From the NCBI GenBank assembly GCA_041634015.1, contig JBFJMG010000001.1, forward strand, positions 1 through 33,640: a DNA stretch of 33,640 nucleotides, given 5' to 3'. Both the position numbers and the translations under genes were made by a program. Below the pieces are notes generated by a model. The model was given only the letters and a program-made list of their open reading frames with translations. It was not told the DNA's origin and did not search any database. Of the stretch, positions 8,207 to 17,340 are shown piece after piece (position 1 is the stretch's first letter; every line of letters begins with the position of its first letter). Source of the DNA: Nitrosopumilaceae archaeon (GTDB taxonomy: Archaea > Thermoproteota > Nitrososphaeria > Nitrososphaerales > Nitrosopumilaceae).

Positions 8207-8281
8207 TGCTCCCATCGGGATTTGAACCCGAGTCACTGCCTTGAGAGGGCAGTATGCTTAACCGGACTACACTATAGGAGC
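8207..8281 (-). tRNA. tRNA-Glu (anticodon CUC)
   Basis: The reverse complement is GCTCCTA...TGGGAGCA. The anticodon stem CTGCC/GGCAG carries loop CTCTCAA. The T-arm is TCGGG-TTCAAAT-CCCGA. No CCA and no intron are encoded. Confidence 0.9.
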
Positions 8282-8377
8282 TCGTAGAAACGAAGATCTC
8301 TGGCAATTTAAAAGAATAACTCATAGATTTGAAAATCCTCGAATCGGGCATTTTGTAAATTTTTTCTGTTTGGATCC

Positions 8378-8384
8378 TTTAAAG
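8378..8384 (+). promoter_or_regulatory. TATA box (TTTAAAG) 26 nt upstream of ATG 8407
   Basis: Canonical archaeal TATA-like heptamer at leaderless-type spacing. Confidence 0.4.
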
Positions 8385-8406
8385 AAAATTCGCAATTAAT
8401 TCTCTT

Positions 8407-9288
8407 ATGGATTTCTCTAAATTACTGGAAAAACTTCCAAAAGAAGACTTTTCCATTGGATTAGGTGGTTGTAAAAATCATGAAAAAGGATTTTCATGTT
8501 GTGAATACAATCTTACTATCTTTGATAGCAAAAATGAATTCGATTCTGTTGACAAAATAGAATCCGAGCTAGTAAAAATACATCATGGCTCATTGGAGGA
8601 GACGCGTTCTGAGATCCTAGTACAATTTGATCAAATGAAGATACTTCATGATGATAGGTGGGAACTCAGAATGCTTTTATCTAAAATTAATGAACGGAGG
8701 GAAAAAATTTTTCAAGATGCCGCAAAAGGAGTTTTGGTTGATGCATTATTTTGTATTTCAAAGTCAAAAGAAGCATTAAAAAATTCAGACCCCTTTGCAA
8801 CAATATGGCAAAAATGTGGCGCGTATTATATTGCAGATGCAATCTCAATCATTAATCGAGTGCGTCCCAGTCCAACCCACATGCTAAATGATCTAAGGGG
8901 GTTAAAACAAAATAGCATAAATGAAACCTTGTCTGTCGTTACTGATTCAATTGGAATCGAACGGGCAACGCCCTCTCTTTTGTCACGGATGGCAAAGTCT
9001 ACGACAGGTTTTTCAGAAATGGTTGAAAAAAACAATCACTCAAAGATAATTCAGGCAAAGTACGATTATCTTGTGGAAAATTCTTTATTGTCTGACTGCT
9101 ATTTTTATTTAGGATATGTCAATAAACAAAATGTTATCAGAATCAAAGATACAATTTCCAAAAGACCTGATTTAATTCATGTACTAAAGGTTGCCATGGA
9201 TTTAGAAAATGACCCTGCTAAAAGCATTGGTCAGTCTGATCTGCTCCATCAGGCGGCAAATCTTTTGCTAGAAAAAATAAACAATTAA
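8407..9288 (+). CDS. hypothetical protein
   Basis: 293 aa ORF with clean coding appearance and a TATA box at -26. No family could be named with confidence. Confidence 0.6.
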   Translation: MDFSKLLEKLPKEDFSIGLGGCKNHEKGFSCCEYNLTIFDSKNEFDSVDKIESELVKIHHGSLEETRSEILVQFDQMKILHDDRWELRMLLSKINERREKIFQDAAKGVLVDALFCISKSKEALKNSDPFATIWQKCGAYYIADAISIINRVRPSPTHMLNDLRGLKQNSINETLSVVTDSIGIERATPSLLSRMAKSTTGFSEMVEKNNHSKIIQAKYDYLVENSLLSDCYFYLGYVNKQNVIRIKDTISKRPDLIHVLKVAMDLENDPAKSIGQSDLLHQAANLLLEKINN

Positions 9289-9314
9289 TTCTGTTTGAAT
9301 CCAAATGCTAAACC

Positions 9315-9321
9315 TTTAAAA
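9315..9321 (+). promoter_or_regulatory. TATA box (TTTAAAA) about 26 nt upstream of ATG 9344
   Basis: Supports expression of the short Cys-rich ORF as a leaderless transcript. Confidence 0.45.
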
Positions 9322-9343
9322 TCATGTGCGAGATCCCATTTTC

Positions 9344-9487
9344 ATGACTGATCAAGCATGTGGCTGTGAAGCCGACAGTGGCGATCCTGACTATGCATGC
9401 GATTGTGAGATGCAAGGACATTGTATATGTAGTCACGATTGTAAATGCAATACCAAAACTTGCAAAGAAGCAGTTGCTGCTCTGTAA
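9344..9487 (+). CDS. metallothionein-like Cys-rich small protein (47 aa), absent from the ORF track
   Basis: MTDQACGCEADSGDPDYACDCEMQGHCICSHDCKCNTKTCKEAVAAL. It has 9 Cys, 2 His and four CxC motifs. A TATA box sits at -26 and oligo-T runs lie downstream (about 9504-9516). Confidence 0.5.
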   Translation: MTDQACGCEADSGDPDYACDCEMQGHCICSHDCKCNTKTCKEAVAAL

Positions 9488-9514
9488 GATTTAGGTCATC
9501 AATCTTTTTTATTT

Positions 9515-9682
9515 TTATTCTTCCTCATCTTCATAGCCCCAAGATTTCACTAGGGCTTTTCGAAGAGATTCGGATTGTTTCTCATTTAAGGAGAATCCAC
9601 AATTTTTATGAGTAGGAACTACTGTCATTCCATTTAGCTTGTATTCTACTTCATACATGTGTACTTTGGAACACTCACACAT
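9515..9682 (-). CDS. possible small protein (55 aa)
   Basis: MCECSKVHMYEVEYKLNGMTVVPTHKNCGFSLNEKQSESLRKALVKSWGYEDEEE. An AAATATA box (9708-9714, minus strand) lies about 29 nt upstream. The ORF is convergent with the 9344 ORF. Confidence 0.3.
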   Translation of the reverse strand: MCECSKVHMYEVEYKLNGMTVVPTHKNCGFSLNEKQSESLRKALVKSWGYEDEEE

Positions 9683-9762
9683 TTCTGATTTGAATAAAGA
9701 ACCCCTCTATATTTGAGTATTTGAATAAACTTTAACTAGGTAATTTCTTGATTAACAATCAC

Positions 9763-11226
9763 ATGATTCAGAAAATAATCTCCATCTCAATTTTGGCTGT
9801 TTTTGTTATTTCTCTTACGCCCCTCGCATCTGCACAATTCCAATCAGGCGGTGTAAATAAAGAGGGGACTTGGTACGTTGGAGAAGGTCTAAAAAAAGGA
9901 GATTTCTTTTCTTATAGTTTATGTCACGTCGATTACAAAGAATGTGCAAAATTTCGGATGGATATTTGGATTGAAGGGGATACCGTAGTCGGGACGGAAA
10001 ATCCTTGGTTGGCAAAAGTCGTAGTTTATGATGGAAATAAAATAGTTACAGGAGAGATGACTCTTGGAAAAGTTGCGCCGGAACCAACTGGTGGGACTTT
10101 GGAACTAGCATCTTATCGTGGTGCATTTAAGACCTCTGTTGTTTGGCTTTCTGCCTTTGCTACTTCTTATGGGGGCGATGGAGGAGAAGGCCCAAAATCA
10201 TTCAAGGCCCCATCTTGGGGAAAGATTGGAAATATAGGCGGTGAACAAGTTGTTCCATTTGCAATTGAAACGATTGGTACTCAAGCCGGAACTTTTGAAG
10301 ACTCGGTAAGAATTTCTTGGAAAACAGGTGGGTATAGAAGCAACGTTTGGGTAGTTGATAATTTTCCTTTTCCAGTTAAAGCAAGAACTGTGACTCACGT
10401 TTCCGAAGGGATACCTCCACCCGAATATGTTTTTGAATTACTGGACTACAAAGAAAACGTAAAAGAAAATCCCTTTAAGGGAATCGTTTCATCTTCAATA
10501 GCTCAAAAGGCAAAAGGATGTCCTGAAAAATATCAGTTAGTTGACGTTAAAAAACCCACTAAAGAATTCAAATATCAAATAAACGCCAAATATGGTCCGT
10601 CTGAACCAAAAGTGGGCTGTGAGATAGAATGGTTTATCAGTTTTCTTAGTAAATACGATGATACTGAATTCTTAAACCAAGTCCAATACGATATTTTGGT
10701 AGTAGATGATGGTCTAACTCCAATAAGGTCCCAAGCACAAGACGAAGGACGGCTTTTTCTTTACTCTCCTTCTGGCCAAGTACGTCTTATGACTTTGGTT
10801 GAGGATTCTCCTGGAATCGCCAAGTATGTAATCTGGATTTATGGCCTTAGTCACGAGACAATAACTCCTCCGCCACAACAACTAGACTATTTGATAATTG
10901 ATATTCCGATTAAAAAAGCAGATACTAGTCCAATAATCACAAAGGAACTAAACATCCCTTCTTGGATAAAGAGTAACGCCGGATGGTGGGCAACAGATCA
11001 GATTGATGACATTTCATTTGTGGGCGGTATCAAATATTTAATCGACGAAAAGGTTATCGTGATTCCTCCAACGCAACAAGGCACAGGAAGTGAAAACAAT
11101 GAAATTCCAAATTGGATAAAGACCAATGCTGGATGGTGGGCAGATAACTTAATCTCAGATAATGACTTTGTTCAAGGAATTCAATGGCTTATTCAAAATG
11201 GAATTATCGTTCTGGCATCAGTTTAG
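9763..11226 (+). CDS. secreted or cell-surface protein with two C-terminal Trp-rich repeats
   Basis: Signal-peptide-like N-terminus MIQKIISISILAVFVISLTPLASAQ. The ORF track uses a TTG at 9748 and the ATG at 9763 is preferred. The C-terminus carries two 38 aa repeats spaced 50 aa apart. Confidence 0.7.
   Translation: MIQKIISISILAVFVISLTPLASAQFQSGGVNKEGTWYVGEGLKKGDFFSYSLCHVDYKECAKFRMDIWIEGDTVVGTENPWLAKVVVYDGNKIVTGEMTLGKVAPEPTGGTLELASYRGAFKTSVVWLSAFATSYGGDGGEGPKSFKAPSWGKIGNIGGEQVVPFAIETIGTQAGTFEDSVRISWKTGGYRSNVWVVDNFPFPVKARTVTHVSEGIPPPEYVFELLDYKENVKENPFKGIVSSSIAQKAKGCPEKYQLVDVKKPTKEFKYQINAKYGPSEPKVGCEIEWFISFLSKYDDTEFLNQVQYDILVVDDGLTPIRSQAQDEGRLFLYSPSGQVRLMTLVEDSPGIAKYVIWIYGLSHETITPPPQQLDYLIIDIPIKKADTSPIITKELNIPSWIKSNAGWWATDQIDDISFVGGIKYLIDEKVIVIPPTQQGTGSENNEIPNWIKTNAGWWADNLISDNDFVQGIQWLIQNGIIVLASV
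10954..11217 (+). repeat. intragenic tandem repeat (2 copies, 150 nt period) encoding IP[SN]WIK[ST]NAGWWA...[DN]F[VQ]xGI[KQ][YW]LIxxx[VI]IV
   Basis: Copy 1 (10954-11067) is IPSWIKSNAGWWATDQIDDISFVGGIKYLIDEKVIVIP. Copy 2 (11104-11217) is IPNWIKTNAGWWADNLISDNDFVQGIQWLIQNGIIVLA. Confidence 0.8.
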
Positions 11227-11302
11227 TTTGGTTTAGGTTGTGTTGAGAAAGTTTTTTGGTTTGTCAAAATACAAACAACAATATCAAATGAAGGATGTTT
11301 AA

Positions 11303-11662
11303 TTGGTAGATTTTATTAGTTTTCCAAAAAGAAAACTACGAAAAATGATTCAAAAAGGCGATTATAAAGAAGCCATTGAATTTGGAGAAAGCATCGAAAA
11401 AAAGTACCAAAATGATCCTGATTTTTTGTTTATCATGGGGAGCATTTACTATATTTTAGAGGATGCAAAAATTGCTCTTTATTATTTTGATAGAGTTTTA
11501 GCTTTGAGAAAAAATGATGTTGAGGCCCTTTTGCTCAAAGCTGAAATTCATTTATTTTTGAAGGAATTCGATAAAGTCAAAGAATGCTGTGATTTAGTAC
11601 AAAGTGTGGAGCCTGACAATAAACGGGCAGAAGAAATTTTAGATCATATTGATTCAAACTAG
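11303..11662 (+). CDS. TPR-repeat protein
   Basis: 119 aa with about three 34-aa TPR-like units: YKEAIEFGE...DPDFLFIMGSIYY, DAKIALYYFDRVLALRKNDVEALLLKAEIHL, and EFDKVKECCDLVQSVEPDN. TTG start. Confidence 0.65.
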   Translation: MVDFISFPKRKLRKMIQKGDYKEAIEFGESIEKKYQNDPDFLFIMGSIYYILEDAKIALYYFDRVLALRKNDVEALLLKAEIHLFLKEFDKVKECCDLVQSVEPDNKRAEEILDHIDSN

Positions 11663-12144
11663 ATTTGATAGACATTTTTGAATAACCAATTACAGTATTG
11701 AGTCACTGAATCTGAAAACTCACACCATACATGAAGCGAGTGGGGCAAAATATCAATTCGTCCTTTTTCAAAATACACTTTGACGCCCTCCTTTCCTTCA
11801 TACATGTATGCGTCCTTGATATCCGCACCATCAAATAGTTCTCTTGCTTTTTCTTTGACTTTTTCTCTACTTATTGGAAAGTTGGTTTTTGTTTGATCAA
11901 TAATGATACTGAGATCTTGTTTTCCATACATTTCAAAATTTTCAATTTTTCCCTCCTGGGGAAAATTCACAATTAGTTTAAGATTGTATTTTTTGCCAAC
12001 ACTTTTTCCAATTTCGGTAATTTTGGTATAGGCCATGGCTGGATTTTTTTTTAAAATAAAACGGATTTGGGGCAAATTTCTCTGTAATTGACTCTGAAGT
12101 TCCTTGGTAATCTGCTCAAAACTCACAATAACAAATTGTGGCAT
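11659..12144 (-). CDS. hypothetical protein
   Basis: 161 aa ORF with an ATG start. No family was recognised. Confidence 0.5.
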   Translation of the reverse strand: MPQFVIVSFEQITKELQSQLQRNLPQIRFILKKNPAMAYTKITEIGKSVGKKYNLKLIVNFPQEGKIENFEMYGKQDLSIIIDQTKTNFPISREKVKEKARELFDGADIKDAYMYEGKEGVKVYFEKGRIDILPHSLHVWCEFSDSVTQYCNWLFKNVYQI

Positions 12145-12203
12145 TTGTGTTATATTCGTTAATTTGAGTTGGTTTTTTTACATGGGGAAATCTCATAGTA
12201 TTG

Positions 12204-12848
12204 ATGGCACTACCAATGGATTATGATGGCCTTAGAACGGGAGAAGAATCAGAAAGGACTAACAACGTTCATGATTACAAGGTGACCTGTATGAATTTTA
12301 TCGAAGACATTTCAAGTGACTATCTGGCCTGGGTGGATTACTACAAACTTCCACCAGCAGAAGACAAAAAGAGAAGAGACGAAATTGCTGCAACCATCAA
12401 GAGAACAAACGAATGGCTTGCCAAAGTTGCCCAATCAATTAAGGCCGTCGATGTCATAATGAATGATGGCATTCAAAAAATGGCCGAATCTACCGCGGGT
12501 AAGCCATTTCAAATCGGAGTCTTTGTTGAGCAAAGATCTGCATACACAATGGCAAAACCTGGAATAATAGATGTTAATGTTAAAGCCGTGGGACGAAAAG
12601 GACGCAAAACCAAACTAGGGTTTCATTTTAAAGATGATAGGTTTAGAGTAGAATCTAGCTGCGGTGCGTTTATTGAAGAAGAGAATCTGCCCACGGATGA
12701 ATATGACATGATGGACCTACATCTAAAATTAAATGCCGCAAAATGCAAACAGCGGGATGTTATCTCCTTTACTGTGACCGTGATTGAAACCGAGAATGGT
12801 CAAGAAAAGGACAAAAGGGGAGTAAGTACTATTGTTCATTTGGTATAA
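12204..12848 (+). CDS. hypothetical protein
   Basis: 214 aa from ATG 12204 (TTG at 12201 in the track). A T-rich TATA-like box lies about 26 nt upstream. No family was recognised. Confidence 0.5.
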   Translation: MALPMDYDGLRTGEESERTNNVHDYKVTCMNFIEDISSDYLAWVDYYKLPPAEDKKRRDEIAATIKRTNEWLAKVAQSIKAVDVIMNDGIQKMAESTAGKPFQIGVFVEQRSAYTMAKPGIIDVNVKAVGRKGRKTKLGFHFKDDRFRVESSCGAFIEEENLPTDEYDMMDLHLKLNAAKCKQRDVISFTVTVIETENGQEKDKRGVSTIVHLV

Positions 12849-13152
12849 CTTGTAGTACAACTCGTTTTTCCTCTGCACGTTTTTCTCCTGGATATTTTAG
12901 GTAGGAAATTTTTTTTGCAAGATTTTCATCTAAAACTTGTGATGCCTCACCGCTAATGGTTTTATTATCGTATTTTATCTCGACTGTGGAATTTACAAGA
13001 GCATTTTGGAACCAATCGCTATCTGGCCTATGTCGCGAAAAGAAAATTTTTTCTTCATAGACCACGGCTCTTAATGAAACAGAATGGGGTTTTCCGGTTT
13101 TTCTTCCCCGGGTGATTAGAATGGCCCTAAACGCGTTTTGGTTTTTATGCAC
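12829..13152 (-). CDS. deazaflavin(F420)-dependent nitroreductase-family / DUF385-like split-barrel protein
   Basis: 107 aa. ITRGRKTGKPHSVSL, PDSDWFQNALVNSTVEI and the C-terminal YLKYPG resemble the F420H2-dependent reductase (PF04075-type) pattern. The assignment is from memory. GTG start. Confidence 0.5.
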   Translation of the reverse strand: MHKNQNAFRAILITRGRKTGKPHSVSLRAVVYEEKIFFSRHRPDSDWFQNALVNSTVEIKYDNKTISGEASQVLDENLAKKISYLKYPGEKRAEEKRVVLQVIPNEQ

Positions 13153-13239
13153 AAAACCAATTTTAAGTCAATGAATTTAACCCCATTGATAGAAAATTCT
13201 GATATTTGATGTGATAAGCAAATCCTACAAACCATTCTC

Positions 13240-13692
13240 ATGTCTACCAGACTTGAAGGAATGCCCTCTAACCTAGTTACTGCCGATTCCTTTTCAGGAA
13301 AACATGTAGTAGACAGGGAAGGAATTCATTATGGTAAGGTTAAACATGTTCATATTAATCCTGAAACTCTAACGGTATCTGGTGTTACAATTCATCACGG
13401 ATTTCACAAGGACTATTTTTTACCCGAGAGCTACATTGATAGATTCACAGATGAAACACTCTTGCTTAGCACTCCACCGATAAGGGTTGGAATACCTGTG
13501 GTAGATATTGACGGGCACAAAGTTGGCAAGATCAAACGTCTGCATCGCAATCCTGATACAAACGAATTAGAGTCAATTGAAGTTTCAGATGGGATAATGC
13601 ATTCAAAAATTCTCTCAAAAACCGAAGTTTGGGGAGTAGGCGAAAAATTAATTTTACGAGTTACAAAAGACCAATACAAAAACTTAGACTAG
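13240..13692 (+). CDS. tandem PRC-barrel domain protein
   Basis: There are two copies of the PRC-barrel-like pattern: GKHVVDREGIHYGKVKHVHINPETLTVSGVTI and VVDIDGHKVGKIKRLHRNPDTNELESIEVSDG. Confidence 0.65.
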   Translation: MSTRLEGMPSNLVTADSFSGKHVVDREGIHYGKVKHVHINPETLTVSGVTIHHGFHKDYFLPESYIDRFTDETLLLSTPPIRVGIPVVDIDGHKVGKIKRLHRNPDTNELESIEVSDGIMHSKILSKTEVWGVGEKLILRVTKDQYKNLD

Positions 13693-13715
13693 AATTTCAA
13701 AACCAATGATACCTA

Positions 13716-14015
13716 ATGTCTTTTGATCCTGAGGTCCACGATATTATTGACCAAAACATTGCTGAACAAATCAAAGGAATTCCTACCTTGTTAGATGAAA
13801 TCTTGCCACAAATGCAAAAAATTTGGAAATTTGATAACTCGTACAATTTCGCATATGGCTGGTATATTGGTAGATTAGAATGCCATGCCCAACATACGTT
13901 TTATGATAACATGGGTCGTTGGCCAGAAGGGGAGGAAATATTGGAACTAAAAGAAATAATTGAGATTCATGGAAAAGAAATAAGGGAAAAAATAACCCAA
14001 GTAATTCCAAATTGA
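13716..14015 (+). CDS. small hypothetical protein, paralogue of 4399-4671
   Basis: 99 aa. FAYGWYIGRL...GRWPEGEEILELKEIIEIHGKEIREKI aligns without gaps to the 4399 ORF. It lies 24 nt downstream of the PRC-barrel gene. Confidence 0.55.
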   Translation: MSFDPEVHDIIDQNIAEQIKGIPTLLDEILPQMQKIWKFDNSYNFAYGWYIGRLECHAQHTFYDNMGRWPEGEEILELKEIIEIHGKEIREKITQVIPN

Positions 14016-14016
14016 T

Positions 14017-14112
14017 TTATTTTTTTTCAAGACATCTCTGACACTTGTTTTGACCATCAATTATGGATATTTCCACATTTGAGCTGTGGCAAACGTGACA
14101 AAGCCCTTTCAT
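14017..14112 (-). CDS. possible 31 aa zinc-ribbon mini-protein
   Basis: MKGLCHVCHSSNVEISIIDGQNKCQRCLEKK (CxxC-x15-CxxC). A TTTAAAA box (14133-14139, minus strand) lies about 24 nt upstream. Confidence 0.3.
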   Translation of the reverse strand: MKGLCHVCHSSNVEISIIDGQNKCQRCLEKK

Positions 14113-14156
14113 AAAAAAAAATTAAATTTTGGTTTTAAATTTTTTTCTCAAAGATC

Positions 14157-16478
14157 TTAATCTTGTACTTGCTGCGGTGCCTCTTTTTTCTTGGGAAGCG
14201 TAAAGAAAAATTTAGCGCCTTTTCCAATATCACTTTCTACCCAAATTTTGCCTCCCAATCCCTCAACAATTCCTTTGCAAATCGTCAAACCCAAGCCCGA
14301 ACCTCCATGCTCTCTTGTGTACGTGGTATCTGTTTGGTAGAATTTTTTAAAGAGATTCTGTTGCTCTTCCTTTGAAATTCCTTTCCCATTATCAATTACA
14401 GAAAATTCTAGAAACTCTCCTCTATCAATACAGTTAATCTCGATTTTTCCTGTTTTAGCAGGTACAAAATCAATCGCATTATTGATTAGATTTCTGAGAA
14501 CTTGTATCACTCTACGTTTATCACTTATTATAACAAAATCATCCTTGACATAATTTTGAAGAGTGATACCCTTTGTCCCGATTAACTTTCTTGAAGTTTG
14601 TGTGACCTCCTCTAGCATTTTCCTAACAACTATCTCGTCGTAAGAAAAGGTTAGTTTTTTTAGATCCAATTTGTATACATCAAACATGTCTGTAACCAAA
14701 GTTTGTAGCTGATCTGCACAGGCACTTATCTTCTCTACTGCATCTAATTGTTCGGGATTTAATTCTCCTAACATACCTGGTTCTCTTAGTGCGTCAGTCC
14801 ACAAAACGATCGGGGTGATCGGGGTCTTTAATTCATGAGATATCATCGCAGTAAATTCCTCTTTACTTTTATTGACTATCTCCATCTGTTTAATCTGATT
14901 TTGAATTGTTTGCTCGTCTTCTTTTTGTTTTGTAATATCTGTTCTAATTGCAATGTAAGAATCGATATTACCATTCTCGTCTAATAGCGGGGCAATTGTA
15001 CTCCATACCCAATAAAAAGTTCCATCCTTGGCTTTATTTTTCAATAACCCATTCCAAATTTTGCCAGAGGTAATTGTATCCCACATTTCTTTGTAAAATT
15101 TTTGATTATGGTAACCACTCTTCAAAACACGATGGTCTTTCCCAATTAACTCATTTCTGTCATATTTTGATATTTTGCAAAACTGATCATTGACATAGGT
15201 GATATTTCCATCTAGATCTGTCATTGAAACAATCGCATGAGCATCAAGTGCTGTTTTGAAATTTTCAAGACGTTCATTGCTTTTTGTTAGTTGGTTAAAA
15301 TTCTCCAAAATTTGCTGATTTTTTACTTTTAGATTTTTTTGCATTTCCGTAAAGGCATTAGCCAAAACGCTAGTCTCGTGTCTTGGATTCTTCAAATCTG
15401 CGTCGATCTTGAAATCCTCTCCTCGTGAAATTTGTTCAGTTGCGCGAACAAGTTTTTCAATTCTCATGGCAGCCGAGTTAAAAGAATTAAAGGTATAGAA
15501 AACAAAACCACTCATAGAGAGACCCGCAATTAAAATCACATATGGGACTATTGCCTCAGCCCCGCGAGACAACGTCTCCAATGCCTCGTATTTAACAACC
15601 CAACTCTTATCTCCTAATGAAATAATTCCTTCATCTAAAATCTTTGGAGTTAAAACTCCCGAACTAATTTCGTTTGCAGATCCATAATCGTACATAAGAT
15701 TTTCTTCGTTTACATTACTGTCATAAATTTGAAAATTAACATCACTTGTTGTATCTCCTAATATCCCCGACATGAAATCGTTCATTCTAAATGCAGCATA
15801 CACATAGCCATCCAAATTCTCTCTTTTTTCTTGCAATGAATCGTGAGGCAAATCATTCTTGTAAACAGGCAGCATCATCAGGAAACCGGCTTGGACATCT
15901 GAGGTGATTTCTTGCACCAAGGTAATCTTCCTTGTGATTGCTGGCTCACCTGTATCTCGAGCTGATTCCATGGCGCTTTTTCGATTTTCTTCAAATGACA
16001 TATCTAAACCGAATGCTTGCTGGTTGCGTTGATCAAAAGGTTCTACATAGATAATAGAATGATAAACATCTCTAATTCCTTGAGGATGAACACTATAATC
16101 CTCAAAACCTTCTTGACGTATGTTATCCTCGTGTATTTTAAGATCAACGGTATTGCCTATTACTTTTGAGAATCCTATTGCCTGGATGCCAGGAAATCGT
16201 TCTGAAATTTTCTGAGACATAATGTATAGATGCCACTCATCACGATCCACTTGAATAGATGCAGCAAACAAACCTTGAGCTCCTCTCAAAACCTGTTCGT
16301 ATTCCAACAATCTTTCATTGATTCTTTTTGCTATTTCCTCAGATTCATTTTGAAATTTTACATTCAGAAATTCATTCAGATAATTATTAAACACAAAAAA
16401 GACAAAGAAGGTAATTGACACTGAAATAACTAATGCAAGCCATGGATTGCTTTTCTTGCCTAGCAATTGTTTGCTCAT
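14157..16478 (-). CDS. membrane sensor histidine kinase: TM - CHASE - TM - linker - PAS - HisKA - HATPase_c
   Basis: 773 aa. The N-terminal TM is LALVISVSITFFVFFVF. The extracytoplasmic region of about 270 aa shows the CHASE-like pattern (FPGIQAIGFSKVI, IIYVEPFDQRNQQAFGLDM, ARDTGEPAITRKITLVQE, LMMLPVY). The second TM is IVPYVILIAGLSMSGFVFYTF. The PAS domain is paralogous to the 7047 kinase. H-box is ISHELKTPITP, and the ATP-lid boxes are DNGKGI and GGSGLGL. Confidence 0.85.
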   Translation of the reverse strand: MSKQLLGKKSNPWLALVISVSITFFVFFVFNNYLNEFLNVKFQNESEEIAKRINERLLEYEQVLRGAQGLFAASIQVDRDEWHLYIMSQKISERFPGIQAIGFSKVIGNTVDLKIHEDNIRQEGFEDYSVHPQGIRDVYHSIIYVEPFDQRNQQAFGLDMSFEENRKSAMESARDTGEPAITRKITLVQEITSDVQAGFLMMLPVYKNDLPHDSLQEKRENLDGYVYAAFRMNDFMSGILGDTTSDVNFQIYDSNVNEENLMYDYGSANEISSGVLTPKILDEGIISLGDKSWVVKYEALETLSRGAEAIVPYVILIAGLSMSGFVFYTFNSFNSAAMRIEKLVRATEQISRGEDFKIDADLKNPRHETSVLANAFTEMQKNLKVKNQQILENFNQLTKSNERLENFKTALDAHAIVSMTDLDGNITYVNDQFCKISKYDRNELIGKDHRVLKSGYHNQKFYKEMWDTITSGKIWNGLLKNKAKDGTFYWVWSTIAPLLDENGNIDSYIAIRTDITKQKEDEQTIQNQIKQMEIVNKSKEEFTAMISHELKTPITPIVLWTDALREPGMLGELNPEQLDAVEKISACADQLQTLVTDMFDVYKLDLKKLTFSYDEIVVRKMLEEVTQTSRKLIGTKGITLQNYVKDDFVIISDKRRVIQVLRNLINNAIDFVPAKTGKIEINCIDRGEFLEFSVIDNGKGISKEEQQNLFKKFYQTDTTYTREHGGSGLGLTICKGIVEGLGGKIWVESDIGKGAKFFFTLPKKKEAPQQVQD

Positions 16479-16494
16479 CCTAAATCATTATGAC

Positions 16495-16890
16495 TTAGGT
16501 GTATTTATCTAGGAATGTTTTAAGTGACCCTAGTTGCAGTGGTTTTTCCGCGAAATCCTTTAGACCATATTTGAAGGCGTCCTTTACAGAAGGGATTAAT
16601 CCAAAAGCTGACATTAAAACGATATTGGCTTTAGGATTGATTTCTCTTAATCTAAAAAAGGTCTCTGTGCCATCGATTCCAGGCATGTTGATATCCATTA
16701 GTACCAAATCGGGATGAATTTCAGAATACTTTGATATGGCTTCAAAACCATCTCTTGCAGTACTAACTGTGTAGCCTAATTTTGCAATTATTTGTGAGGT
16801 AACGCTGAGAACTTGCTCCTCATCATCTACTATCAAGACTGTTTTTAGCGAACTACTTTGTTTTTTTAATTTAGATTCAATTAAAGACAT
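16495..16890 (-). CDS. stand-alone response-regulator receiver (CheY-like)
   Basis: 131 aa. Motifs are IVDDEE, LMDINMPGIDG, LMSAF and AEKP. It lies 16 nt upstream of the CHASE kinase and has no output domain. Confidence 0.85.
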   Translation of the reverse strand: MSLIESKLKKQSSSLKTVLIVDDEEQVLSVTSQIIAKLGYTVSTARDGFEAISKYSEIHPDLVLMDINMPGIDGTETFFRLREINPKANIVLMSAFGLIPSVKDAFKYGLKDFAEKPLQLGSLKTFLDKYT

Positions 16891-16893
16891 TTT

Positions 16894-17331
16894 TTATTTC
16901 ACCGTAATTGATTTTTCTTTTGGTTTGAATTGTTCAATTTGTTCCAGAAGTTTTGTGAGTTTTATTGGTTTGAAAAGAATAGATTTTATTCCATATTCTT
17001 TTAATTTTGATTTTTCTTTTTCTGCTAGTGTTGCTGCAGTCATTACGGTAATATTGTCTCTAGATTTTCCTTGCTTTTGCAGCTCTTCTAAAACCTCAAA
17101 GCCGCTAAATCCAGGCATGGAAAGATCCAAAAAAACAGCGTCAAATTCTTCATCTAGTAAAACTTGCAGACCCTTCCGACTTTCGTTAATTGGAATATAT
17201 TCATGATTTCTAAGAGTAAGAATTTTGGAAAAAACCGTAGTGATACTCTCATTATCATCAATATGAAGAATTTTCAATAAGTGATTGCACGCGTAAAATT
17301 CTTTAAATTCCTGTTTGTTTAGATTCAACAA
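16894..17331 (-). CDS. stand-alone response-regulator receiver
   Basis: Motifs are HIDDNE, FLDLSMPGFSG, VMTAA and LFKP. The track uses a TTG at 17331. An alternative TTG at 17277 gives the N-terminus MKILHIDD and lies about 27 nt downstream of a TTTAAA box (17302-17307). Confidence 0.8.
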   Translation of the reverse strand: MLNLNKQEFKEFYACNHLLKILHIDDNESITTVFSKILTLRNHEYIPINESRKGLQVLLDEEFDAVFLDLSMPGFSGFEVLEELQKQGKSRDNITVMTAATLAEKEKSKLKEYGIKSILFKPIKLTKLLEQIEQFKPKEKSITVK

Positions 17332-17340
17332 ACAGGCATA

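Noticed and set aside
4241-8281. Region between tRNA-Gly and tRNA-Glu as a possible tRNA-targeted integrated element carrying the PLD-like gene
   Set aside because: There is no integrase, recombinase or transposase gene. I could find no direct repeat of either tRNA 3' end. The interval also contains the core genes rpl10e and endA.
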